Position numbers and translations under genes: made by a program. A DNA stretch of 45,090 nt, taken from positions 1-45,090 of the forward strand of contig CAZUVN010000002.1 of the NCBI GenBank assembly GCA_964623835.1, given 5' to 3'. This DNA comes from an uncultured Candidatus Peribacteria bacterium (GTDB lineage: Bacteria > Patescibacteriota > Gracilibacteria > Peribacterales > Peribacteraceae). Shown here piece after piece: positions 1-8,448 of the stretch (within the stretch, counting starts at the first letter, position 1; every line of letters begins with the position of its first letter). A model generated the notes under the pieces. That model had not been told where the DNA came from, did not search any database, and was given only the letters and a program-made list of their open reading frames with translations.

Positions 1-579
1 TACTTCTTCATGAGTTGCAGCATCAGTGATATCAGCCTCCTTCTCTACTGCATAAGGCTGAATGCTATTTAGAGATACCGGAATATCGGCAATATCAAAG
101 TCATTCTCTGGTGCATCAGCGGCTGCAAGCGGGTACACGGTACCTCGAACAGACTGCACACCAAAAGCCATAGCACGAGCTAAACCTTCCTCACCGCTTC
201 CCATCCAGATATCTAGACGGTGCGTATCATCCCATTCTTGAATTGCTCCACCTCTATCATGCACGGTAAAAACACCGAGACCCGGCAATTGAATACGCGT
301 GCCAAACGGATAACTCGGAGGAGCGGCAATCATTCCCTCATAAACCGGCGTGCCGTCGGCAGCATGCGTACCATCTCCGTTCAGGATTTTATCGGCTTCA
401 TAGCTGCCTTTTACATAGCAACACTGATCGGGTAACGGCGAGTAATACGCCGTCAGCACGAAGTCCTGGACGTACGGCACAGTCGCTGAAGGCCCGGAAG
501 ATTCCTGAGCAATTGCATGCACCGGCAGCAGTCCGGCAATCATCGCGGAGACGAGGAACGTCGACGTGTGTTTGTGCAT
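1..579 (-). CDS. Secreted 3D-domain (MltA/YuiC-like) cell-wall protein; the C-terminus runs off the window
   Basis: Absent from the ORF track because it is open at the window edge. Minus-strand ATG at 579. The translation begins MHKHTSTFLVSAMIAGLLPVHAIAQE (signal peptide). It contains GTRIQLPGLGVFTVHDRGGAIQEWDDTHRLDIWMG, the Asp-rich 3D-domain signature. The frame stays open through base 1 (193 codons). Confidence 0.7.
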   Translation of the reverse strand, partial: MHKHTSTFLVSAMIAGLLPVHAIAQESSGPSATVPYVQDFVLTAYYSPLPDQCCYVKGSYEADKILNGDGTHAADGTPVYEGMIAAPPSYPFGTRIQLPGLGVFTVHDRGGAIQEWDDTHRLDIWMGSGEEGLARAMAFGVQSVRGTVYPLAAADAPENDFDIADIPVSLNSIQPYAVEKEADITDAATHEEV

Positions 580-605
580 GTGGGTGTGTATTAAAAAATC
601 TAACC

Positions 606-635
606 ATTATAGCAAAAAATGATGCTTTTCGCTAA
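606..635 (-). promoter_or_regulatory. Sigma70-type promoter with extended -10 for the 3D-domain gene
   Basis: On the minus strand: TTAGCG (630-635), 18 nt, then TGCTATAAT (606-614). A 26-nt leader runs to ATG 579. Confidence 0.5.
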
Positions 636-720
636 CGTCGATAAACTGCAGAATACGAGCTCGATATCCGTTTCCGTTATCTGCATGAACGCAAATCTGT
701 TAACGGAGATAGGACATCTA

Positions 721-1710
721 TTATTGAACCACCACCATGTCTTCCACGCGCATTCCCCATTTTCCCGGGAAGTACACGCCAGGCTCTACTGTCACCACTT
801 CGTATTCGAGCAGTGTTTGCTTGGATCTTTTCGATAACGTTACACCTTCATGAATATCGAGTCCGACGCCATGACCCAGCGAGTGGATGAAATACTTCTC
901 GAGTTTGTGTCGTCGTAGTACAGCGCGGGCGGCTACATCGGGTTCGCTACAAGACACGTTGGGGGCGATTGCACCTATACCTGCATTTTTGGCTTCCTCT
1001 AGAGCAGAAAGCACCTCCTTCTGTCTTTTTGTCGGCTTTCCTTTAAAGAACACTGCGCTGCGGTCGCTGGTATATCCGCCAACCACCACACCCATATCTA
1101 TTTGAACAATATCGTTCTTTTTCAACTTTCGGTTGGTCGGACGATGATGTGGGCGACTGGTATTGGAACCAAAAGCAACGATGGTTTCGAATCCCATTCG
1201 TTCTCCTCCTTTCTCCCGAGCGATCGATTCGATGCACCACGCAACGGCCGACTCTGTCACTCCTACTTTTAGCATCGAAGGGATCTGGGCCAGAATATCT
1301 TCCGTCATACTGTTTGCTTTCAGAATCGCTTTCAGTTCATCGGCATCTTTTGTTCGTCTGAATGACTCTACGGTTTCCGGTAATCCCTTCCAGACCGTTT
1401 TAGGAAACAGTTTTTTCCAGCGCTTGAGTCGCGCAACGGATACATGCTGTTCTTCAAATCCACATAATCGCACTGCTTTCATCATCTCTTCAAGCTTTGT
1501 CAGATCCCGGACGGCCACTGATCGCGATGCATGAGTTTTTACCGCTTCGAGCTCCAGTACGTTAACAAACAGCGTCATGCCCTTTTTCGTGACCAATAAC
1601 ACACCATGTTCCGCTGGAATCCTAGTCAGATACCGTATGTTCAACGGATCGGTCAGCAGCAGTGCCTGAACGGCCGTTTTAGCCAATAATTCTTGAGCAC
1701 TTGGACGCAT
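721..1710 (-). CDS. M24-family Xaa-Pro peptidase (aminopeptidase P / prolidase type)
   Basis: 329-aa ORF with the pita-bread metal-ligand motifs VQIDMGVVVGGYTSDRS, HSLGHGVGLDIHE, TVEPGVY and RVEDMVVV. Confidence 0.9.
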   Translation of the reverse strand: MRPSAQELLAKTAVQALLLTDPLNIRYLTRIPAEHGVLLVTKKGMTLFVNVLELEAVKTHASRSVAVRDLTKLEEMMKAVRLCGFEEQHVSVARLKRWKKLFPKTVWKGLPETVESFRRTKDADELKAILKANSMTEDILAQIPSMLKVGVTESAVAWCIESIAREKGGERMGFETIVAFGSNTSRPHHRPTNRKLKKNDIVQIDMGVVVGGYTSDRSAVFFKGKPTKRQKEVLSALEEAKNAGIGAIAPNVSCSEPDVAARAVLRRHKLEKYFIHSLGHGVGLDIHEGVTLSKRSKQTLLEYEVVTVEPGVYFPGKWGMRVEDMVVVQ

Positions 1711-1747
1711 ACAATCTGGGCTGATGCTAGCGCTAAAGCCTTATACA

Positions 1748-1756
1748 TGCTATAAT
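1748..1756 (+). promoter_or_regulatory. Extended -10 box (TGCTATAAT) 8 nt upstream of ATG 1765; probable leaderless transcript
   Basis: TGCTATAAT at 1748-1756, then agatcgat, then ATG 1765. An in-frame TAG at 1756-1758 rules out an earlier start. Confidence 0.55.
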
Positions 1757-1764
1757 AGATCGAT

Positions 1765-2091
1765 ATGCTTTCTCTTCTTGCACAAGTCTATAACGGCGGT
1801 GGAATCGAGGATGGAATTGATCAGGCATCGGGTATTACGGGAGTCGCTGACGCCGATCCTCGCGAAGTCGCCATCAGCATCATCGAGGCTGTTCTCAATT
1901 TCCTCGCTTTAATTGCGACGATTATGGTGATTGCCGCGGGCATCTACATGATTGTCAGCTTGGGCAACGACGACAATAAAGAAAAGGCGAAGAAGATCAT
2001 CTATTACACGATCATCGGTCTTGTCGTGGTGCTCTTTGCTCGCGTCATTGTTTCGCTGTTTACCGAATGGCTTCCTTCTCAAGTAGGATGA
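1765..2091 (+). CDS. Small two-TM TrbC/VirB2-like 'T4SS pilin' family protein (CPR/Mollicutes type)
   Basis: 108 aa. The C-terminal half, LALIATIMVIAAGIYMIVSLGNDDNKEKAKKIIYYTIIGLVVVLFA, has the TM / small polar loop with K-A-K-K / TM layout I associate with the PF18895-like pilin family (from memory, not searched). Confidence 0.65.
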   Translation: MLSLLAQVYNGGGIEDGIDQASGITGVADADPREVAISIIEAVLNFLALIATIMVIAAGIYMIVSLGNDDNKEKAKKIIYYTIIGLVVVLFARVIVSLFTEWLPSQVG

Positions 2092-4040
2092 AGATAATCC
2101 GCACACTGTGTTCGGTCGTTCTGAGCTGTCTGATTCTCGGTCAGTCTGTCTCTGCGCAAGACAATGCCATGCATGAGGCGGGGTCCGAATCGGTGACGCT
2201 GAAAGTCGGTGATATTTTCGAAATTCTCCCGGTACACGATTTCCCAACTGGAAGCTCGTATACATGGATTTTGACGCAAGACCGCACGTTCTTGGAAGCG
2301 ACGCGCGCTCCGATGTTCCGGAAGCGATTCATTCAACCGGGAACATACTCATTGTTCGCCGATATCGTCTCGCCAGATGGAAGCCGCCGCATCACGCGAA
2401 CATTCACTATCGAGTATCAGGCACGACAACCCGGTGAGCCCATTGCTCAACCCAGTACAAGCGATACGGGCAAGCTTGTCAGCACTGAGCCGCCGATGGA
2501 TGCAATGGATCGCGTTGCCATGCCTGCAAGCACACAATTGATTCGCCTTAACCCGATAAACCCGAATATCACGCCGCTTGCGCTCGATCTTGATTTAAAC
2601 CGTGATGCCGACGGTGACGGGTCCAGTGATAACGACATCGAGGGAAATGAGACATTTTTTGCATCTGATGCGACGCCACTCTATCTGTGGATTGCCGACG
2701 AGCCGCTTACGCGACATCCGATCTCGGTCACCGCATCTTTGCCGGACGGAGCCCGCGTTCAGAAAATAGAGATTCTGGAAGAGTCCCTTGCACGCTCCGA
2801 AGGGGTGGTACAGGGACCGGTCATGATCTCTGCAGAAAAAACATCTGACCGCACATATCAGTTCACGGCGGTGTTTGATGGAGCTACTCCTGCAGGCGGT
2901 CAACTGCTGTACCAGTGGCAATTCGGCGATGGTAAACAGAGCTTGGTCAACAGCCCTTCGCACGAGTATGCGGATGACGGCGATTACACGGTGCAACTTC
3001 TGATTCGCAATTTGCGCGACGGAAAAGAAATGGCGAACACGAGCACGACAGTAAGCGTATCCGGCACGGACGCTATGCCATCATCGGAACCGACCCAGAA
3101 TTCCTCCAGCGCTACCAATGAGCCGCCACAGAATACAAACACGTCCTTCAGTCTTGGATCCGTTCTGCTGCTTGTCGGCATTTTCGTCGGATCACTGATC
3201 ATCGGTGCCATTGTCATGATGCTTCTCTCTCTTCTCCGCCGTAATAAAGGTTCGATGGCACAGAAGATCGAGCAACTAGAAAAAGCGGTGGTGAAGCCGA
3301 CGGAAAGCACTCCCGCTCTCACCATTACTCCTCCGACCCAAGCGGAGAAACCGATTACTCCTGCAACAGTTGCCCCCGTCGTGCAACCAAAACTGCAAAC
3401 TCCTCCCCCCGAGATCGCAAAGCGCGAAGAGCAGCGTGCGACATCAAACCCTGTGACACAACCTGCGCAGACCGTGAACGCAAAAGCAGCACCTGCGTGG
3501 TTACAGCAACCCGCTCCGAAACCCACTCAAGTCACAAAACCTGCAGAAGCCTCTGCACCTGCCCCCGTGCAGGCCCCAAGACAGAGTCAGCCTGCACCGG
3601 TTGCTCCTGCGACCCCAAAGCCCGTCACCCCTCCTCAGCAGCAAGCACCGAAGCAACCTACTCCGGCACCTCAACCACCAAGTCGACCGAATGCTCCGGC
3701 TTGGCTACAGCAGCCGGCAACACCTTCTGCTGCCGCTTCTGTTCCTCAGACGCAGAACAAACCCGCTCAACCCGCAATGCCCCCGCAAACCCCCAAACCG
3801 CAGCCCATTCCTTCTCCGACCCCGACACCTGTTCCAACCCCGATTCAACCACCCACACCGGCACCAAAGCCAGCTGAGGCTAGTATGCCTGCTGCCGTTG
3901 CTCCCGTACCTCCTCCTGCTCCCCTAGAGCAAAAAACACCCGATCTGCCGATTCCTCAGGAAATTCAATCTTCCGGGGATAAGCCGATTGCGATTATTAC
4001 AGCGGAAAGCTTGAATCAGGAGAATCAGCAAAACGGTTGA
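2088..4040 (+). CDS. Membrane-anchored surface protein with a PKD domain and a long Pro/Gln/Ala/Thr-rich C-terminal tail
   Basis: The preferred start is M8 (MKIIRTLCSVVLSCLILGQSVSAQ, a signal peptide), which forms an ATGA overlap with the pilin-like stop (2088-2091). PKD signature YQWQFGDGKQSLVNSPSHEYADDGDYTVQLLIRN. TM segment LGSVLLLVGIFVGSLIIGAIVMMLLSLL followed by RRNK. A ~265-aa P-rich tail follows, with APAWLQQPA occurring twice. Confidence 0.85.
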   Translation: MKIIRTLCSVVLSCLILGQSVSAQDNAMHEAGSESVTLKVGDIFEILPVHDFPTGSSYTWILTQDRTFLEATRAPMFRKRFIQPGTYSLFADIVSPDGSRRITRTFTIEYQARQPGEPIAQPSTSDTGKLVSTEPPMDAMDRVAMPASTQLIRLNPINPNITPLALDLDLNRDADGDGSSDNDIEGNETFFASDATPLYLWIADEPLTRHPISVTASLPDGARVQKIEILEESLARSEGVVQGPVMISAEKTSDRTYQFTAVFDGATPAGGQLLYQWQFGDGKQSLVNSPSHEYADDGDYTVQLLIRNLRDGKEMANTSTTVSVSGTDAMPSSEPTQNSSSATNEPPQNTNTSFSLGSVLLLVGIFVGSLIIGAIVMMLLSLLRRNKGSMAQKIEQLEKAVVKPTESTPALTITPPTQAEKPITPATVAPVVQPKLQTPPPEIAKREEQRATSNPVTQPAQTVNAKAAPAWLQQPAPKPTQVTKPAEASAPAPVQAPRQSQPAPVAPATPKPVTPPQQQAPKQPTPAPQPPSRPNAPAWLQQPATPSAAASVPQTQNKPAQPAMPPQTPKPQPIPSPTPTPVPTPIQPPTPAPKPAEASMPAAVAPVPPPAPLEQKTPDLPIPQEIQSSGDKPIAIITAESLNQENQQNG

Positions 4041-4154
4041 GCGCACTCAAAAAACGGCTACAATGCCCGCACTGTGGCGGTTCCTTCTCTGCTTCGCAGA
4101 ATCAGGACAGGCTCCGCTCAGTTGGTTCCATTTCTCATCATCGGATATATACGT

Positions 4155-4232
4155 GGCGGTCGTAGCTCAGTTGGTTAGAGCATCAGGTTGTGGTCCTGAG
4201 GGTCGTGGGTTCGAGCCCCATCGACCGCCCCA
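4155..4232 (+). tRNA. tRNA-His (anticodon GTG) with genome-encoded G-1 and 3' CCA
   Basis: Hand-folded cloverleaf. Acceptor stem G(-1)+GCGGTCG/CGACCGC, discriminator C, then CCA. D arm GCTC-AGTTGGTTA-GAGC. Anticodon arm TCAGG-TTGTGGT-CCTGA. Variable loop GGGTC. T arm GTGGG-TTCGAGC-CCCAT. Confidence 0.95.
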
Positions 4233-4233
4233 T

Positions 4234-5856
4234 TTATTCCCCGGTTCTCAACGTCTCAAACAAAACTCTTTCGCCTTCTTTTCGCAGTCTCACCGCCATC
4301 GCCGTCGACGTCGCAACGTCTTCAAATTGATCGAAGATAAAGTTCCCGACACCACGGAAGATCGGTTTACCTTTATAGATCTCCATATCACTAATCACGT
4401 GCGTGTGAGCCGCAACAACAACATCCGCCCCGGCATCGATGAAGCTGCGTAGGTACTGATTGTATGCATCTGATCCCAGTGCGACATATTCTTTGCCTGC
4501 GTGCGTCAGCACGACTGTTAATTGATCGGAAGGATTGTTTTTGAGTTGATCGATGACATGACGATACGATGCGCCGATATCGAGTGCGGTAGTATCGGCA
4601 ACGGGATTCATTAATGCCGTCAGAGAAATCAGTCGAACGTTATCTGCTTCAATTAATGAATCTCCTACCCACGTTTCTCCTGCCTCATCGATGATACGTT
4701 TGGTTTCAGCTAATCCTTCAGCATATTGATCGAACGTGTGATTGTTTAACACGGCCCAATGTGTGGCAAGATTCAGCATTCCTTTCCAGAGATGCTCTGC
4801 GTTACAGAAATCGAACATCACACGATCCTTAGCGCATACAGAGAGAACCGGCCCTTCCAGATTTACCAAACGTAATCCCCTCCCATTCCAGAATTGCTGC
4901 ATCGCTGGTTTCAGTTTGGGCGTGGTGATGCGGCGTGTCATTGTCACATCACCGCCAACTGCAAGATCGTCGCCGGTTAAATCATCGTTGCGATACCAGG
5001 CCATTGAAAAGTGGCTGGTCGTCTCTTTCACCGTTTCATCATTCAAAATGCGGGCAGAGTTTGAATGGATCAGCACCGACGGATTGTAGAAGTCATTGTT
5101 CGCCGCGATGCTTGCGAAGGACCAGAGACAGACCGGGCAATCGCTCTGTTCAGGGTTCTTCAGTGCGACAATACCTTCAAGATCTTTTGCAAACATCGCT
5201 TCTGCAGTGATCTCATCCATCTCATCCGCTTTCTTCAGCGACAGGTAATGGGAGAAATCACTGCTGACAATAATGATGCCGGTTTGGTCGAAAATTCCCT
5301 GTAACAATTTCAGCAACTCCTCTTTTCGCTCAAACCATCCGTCGGAAATCACAATAGGAATGATTTTTGTGTCCGGCAGTTCATGTTTGATGAACGGCAA
5401 CACAGCTGCAATTCCATGTTCGCCGTTGAACAACGGCCCATCGAGGGTTACAAGCGTCGATCGTGCAATTGCATCGATCAAGGCATCATCGGTTTCCACG
5501 TCCCCGAGCATTGTCGTGAATGTTCCGGGTGTTGTGCAGACAACAGTTGGACACTTGTTGAAATGATCCGGAGAAACGAGCAGCACGCTCTGCGGCTGTT
5601 TTTTAGAGAGCATATGAATTCCTAATGCAATCCCTTCGGACGCCGTCAGATGATGCGGCACGATGATGCCGGGAATATCGCGATCGGGAATATCGACCGA
5701 TTGTGTTTTATAGATTCCCTCCATCACCTGTTGTAACGCTTCGGGAGGCAACGGATCAGTGATGATCGGCCTGCTTTCCGTTTTCATCAAAAAGGGAGCC
5801 GCCACGAGGGCGGCTCCAAACATTGTAGTAAGAATGACAATCGCGTTTCTGTTCAT
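4234..5856 (-). CDS. Fusion protein: N-terminal Memo-like (AmmeMemoRadiSam system protein B family) domain plus C-terminal CapA/PGA_cap metallophosphoesterase-like domain
   Basis: Memo-like motifs: IIVPHH, LLVSPDHF, GEHGIAAVLPFIK, VSSDFSHY. CapA-like motifs: GGDVTMTRR, VNLEGPV, LTHAGKEY, DAGADVVVAAHTHV, GVGNFIFDQ. Start taken at M15 (MNRNAIVILTTMFGAALVAAPFLM, a TM/signal segment). Its ATG (5856-5854) overlaps the upstream TGA (5855-5853) as ATGA. Confidence 0.85.
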   Translation of the reverse strand: MNRNAIVILTTMFGAALVAAPFLMKTESRPIITDPLPPEALQQVMEGIYKTQSVDIPDRDIPGIIVPHHLTASEGIALGIHMLSKKQPQSVLLVSPDHFNKCPTVVCTTPGTFTTMLGDVETDDALIDAIARSTLVTLDGPLFNGEHGIAAVLPFIKHELPDTKIIPIVISDGWFERKEELLKLLQGIFDQTGIIIVSSDFSHYLSLKKADEMDEITAEAMFAKDLEGIVALKNPEQSDCPVCLWSFASIAANNDFYNPSVLIHSNSARILNDETVKETTSHFSMAWYRNDDLTGDDLAVGGDVTMTRRITTPKLKPAMQQFWNGRGLRLVNLEGPVLSVCAKDRVMFDFCNAEHLWKGMLNLATHWAVLNNHTFDQYAEGLAETKRIIDEAGETWVGDSLIEADNVRLISLTALMNPVADTTALDIGASYRHVIDQLKNNPSDQLTVVLTHAGKEYVALGSDAYNQYLRSFIDAGADVVVAAHTHVISDMEIYKGKPIFRGVGNFIFDQFEDVATSTAMAVRLRKEGERVLFETLRTGE

Positions 5857-8351
5857 CGCGTGAAGAGCGGGGCAAACCACGACGGAATCTTGGGCCAAGA
5901 TGCGCGTGGTGTGTATTGATAAGCGTCGTATGGATCGTCACCGGTATAAAAGCGTGTCTGCCACTGTTCATCGGTCAAACGCTGACCGCCGTACGGTTCG
6001 GTGAATTCATACTGCGAATACGTGAAACCGACCGTCAGGCGAGGGCCGTTCGTATCTTTCACTGCAACAAGAATCAGGTGTGGAACACCAGTTGCTTCGT
6101 ACAGAATGTGCGGAGGATTGTTGGAATCACCGCCGGTGTGCACGTCGGCAATCAATGCAGAGCGTTTGTCTTTTGCCGGAAGCACCGCGCCTTCAACCGG
6201 GAACGGCAAGCTCGCTTCAAGTCCGTCGACAATTCCCCTGCGGAGCGTTTCCCAGTCGCTTCCTTCTTCAATGGTATACACCGTGCATGTTGTTCCAAAG
6301 TCGTCGGTCTGCTCGCTCGATGTAATCGTCTCGTTGAACGTTGTGTTCGCAAGTTGCTTCTGCGTATAAGATTTCACCTTTTCCAACAGATCAACGTACT
6401 GACTAAGTGGCTGCATATTGCGCAGATCATCAAAACCAATCTCCATCAGCCCCGCCTCCGTTCGCTGCGCGAGATACGACAGGCGATCGTAGGCCTGCAT
6501 CTGCGGTTCGATGTATCCCTTGGGCGGTTGAGGAACAATGCGCGGATCGCACGCTCCGGGACCCCCACCGAGTTCCGCAAACGATTGCTTAGCGTAAAGC
6601 AGCGTCGCATGACGCAGTTCGGTCCAGAAACCAGCCGCGGTCATCAGCGTCTTAGCCGGCCACAACTCGCTCTGCATAAAGCGTGGCAGCAATGCCTTGT
6701 TGGAATCCTGCCATGCAAAGAGCGACTGGATGGTCCAGAGCCAGCCGTTATAGAGATTACTGGTCCAGAATGCGCGATCGAATGTCGCAGTTTCCGTTTT
6801 CAATTCATTCATCGCCCGATCAATCGCTTCTTTTGTTTCCGGCTTGTAAAAATCCAGCATAGGAATTTTCGATTCCGCGTAATCGGACCCCAGTAACGCC
6901 ATGACTTCCAGTGACGACGCCATCGGCGGAAGCTTCTGCGTGTATCCCGGCTTCACCGCTTCATCCCCCTGCGTCAGCTGTCCGGTCCAATAGGAATCGA
7001 TAATAAACTTACCGCTGAAGAATCGCATGCCTTTGGTCAGAAGCAACACATCCGACGTCTGCACATCACCCACTGTGGGATAGGCGGCAGCGATATTTTT
7101 GATTTTTGGGGGACGTGCTGCGGCTAGGTACTCCATAATTGCCTCTTCTTGATTTGATGCACCTTCTGCTCGGCGCAACGCTTCAATGTAATCGGCCGGC
7201 ATCAGATCATCACTGGTTCCGACGAGGAAATTTACCGTCGATTCCAGTTTTGCATAATCGCTGAGTTGTTCGGGATTCTCCGCGAGTAGTTGTGTCGCTT
7301 TGAATGCATAGTCGGTGAGTGCCGCACTTTTTACAAAGAACGGCAGCTGCGAGAACCACATCATGCTGCGGAAATACTGGCGACGCAGGGAACTTCCGGT
7401 GTAGTGGCTGCGCGGGGTGAACTGCGTGAAATCGACCATGAATTGCACGCCGCTATCCTCAGCATAAGCTTTGTACTCCTGTTCAAAAATCGCCGGCACA
7501 CCTTTGTCATCAGCCTTATAGACCATCTGCAAATCGGCCAGGACTTCCTGCTTGCTAGCTGCATCAAGATTCAATCCGTTCACGAATGCAGTTGCCGTTT
7601 CGATCGTATCGGCTTTCTTATCATCGTCAGAAAATGAAGCCTGCAGTGCAGAAGGATCCTGTACTCCGCCGCCGTTCATGTAATCGTCCGGCGTCAGCGG
7701 TTGCTTTGCCGTCGAGAGGAGCGTGTATGGAACGGCAAAGTAATTACGAACTTTGCGCCATCCCTCTTGTTCTTCTCCGGATGTCTCGTCATATTTTACT
7801 GATGCTTTCTGGAAGAATGTCTGACTGAGAGTTTTCATGGACGGAGCGAACTGCGTGTTTTCCATCTCTTTCAACAACTCCGTGTAGAGTAAGTTGTACG
7901 AATGGAAGAAGATATCGGCAGAGAGAAACAATGCATTCGCCTGCGTGCGCTTCTTGTAATCAAAATCACCACGCACTGCGTTGTACAGTCCGATAAATTC
8001 ACGGTACCACTCACGCGTAGCACCATCGCCCATTTTCGGGACAATTGATGTCACTGTCAGCGGCAGCATGAGGAATTTATTCCGCTCAAGCGCTTGTCGC
8101 TCTGCTGCCGTCAATGTAAATCCGTACGCCTCTTGCATCTCATCAAGATTCTCGATCTCGCTGATGGAAAAATCGGCAGCGAGCGTTGGTGAAATCTGAA
8201 CCGTCGTTTCGGTGTAGGGAATATCGGCACCGAATGAGACCGCATCAAACTGTCCGGACGGAACGGACATCGATGAATCACCCGTGTCAGTTCCCGGTAT
8301 GCAGCCAGTAAGAAGTGATCCTAACAGAGCAAGTGCGGTGAGGCGTTTCAT
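5853..8351 (-). CDS. Large secreted lipoprotein, tentatively DUF3160-like
   Basis: 832 aa from MKRLTALALLGSLLTGC (lipobox LTGC). The earlier ORF-track start at 8417 would lie inside the upstream terminator hairpin, so I reject it. The DUF3160 assignment rests on size and on recollection of motifs such as FTPRSHYT, so the functional call is weak. Confidence 0.75.
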   Translation of the reverse strand: MKRLTALALLGSLLTGCIPGTDTGDSSMSVPSGQFDAVSFGADIPYTETTVQISPTLAADFSISEIENLDEMQEAYGFTLTAAERQALERNKFLMLPLTVTSIVPKMGDGATREWYREFIGLYNAVRGDFDYKKRTQANALFLSADIFFHSYNLLYTELLKEMENTQFAPSMKTLSQTFFQKASVKYDETSGEEQEGWRKVRNYFAVPYTLLSTAKQPLTPDDYMNGGGVQDPSALQASFSDDDKKADTIETATAFVNGLNLDAASKQEVLADLQMVYKADDKGVPAIFEQEYKAYAEDSGVQFMVDFTQFTPRSHYTGSSLRRQYFRSMMWFSQLPFFVKSAALTDYAFKATQLLAENPEQLSDYAKLESTVNFLVGTSDDLMPADYIEALRRAEGASNQEEAIMEYLAAARPPKIKNIAAAYPTVGDVQTSDVLLLTKGMRFFSGKFIIDSYWTGQLTQGDEAVKPGYTQKLPPMASSLEVMALLGSDYAESKIPMLDFYKPETKEAIDRAMNELKTETATFDRAFWTSNLYNGWLWTIQSLFAWQDSNKALLPRFMQSELWPAKTLMTAAGFWTELRHATLLYAKQSFAELGGGPGACDPRIVPQPPKGYIEPQMQAYDRLSYLAQRTEAGLMEIGFDDLRNMQPLSQYVDLLEKVKSYTQKQLANTTFNETITSSEQTDDFGTTCTVYTIEEGSDWETLRRGIVDGLEASLPFPVEGAVLPAKDKRSALIADVHTGGDSNNPPHILYEATGVPHLILVAVKDTNGPRLTVGFTYSQYEFTEPYGGQRLTDEQWQTRFYTGDDPYDAYQYTPRASWPKIPSWFAPLFTR

Positions 8352-8399
8352 AAGCGGAAGTGAGAATGTAAACGGGCAAATGGTAGCAGAAATTATACG

Positions 8400-8422
8400 A
8401 AAAAGCCCCGCTTTCACGGGGC
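8400..8422 (-). terminator. Rho-independent terminator after the Asp/Cys-repeat protein gene
   Basis: Minus strand reads GCCCCG-TGAAAG-CGGGGC followed by TTTTT. A TATAAT (8392-8397 on the minus strand) follows immediately. Confidence 0.75.
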
Positions 8423-8448
8423 CTTAAGACTTTCTGTGTATTCCTTAC

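Noticed and set aside
8352-8417. Longer N-terminal extensions offered by the ORF track: 8417 for the lipoprotein, 17522 for ctpA, 19102 (TTG) for the PMT-like gene, 26605 for glyQS, 32624 for the response regulator, 38364 for the repeat protein and 5898 for the Memo-CapA fusion.
   Set aside because: Each extension would do one or more of the following: run through a terminator or -10 box, overlap the upstream gene extensively, or bury a clear signal peptide or conserved N-terminus. The internal starts give canonical N-termini or ATGA-type coupling.
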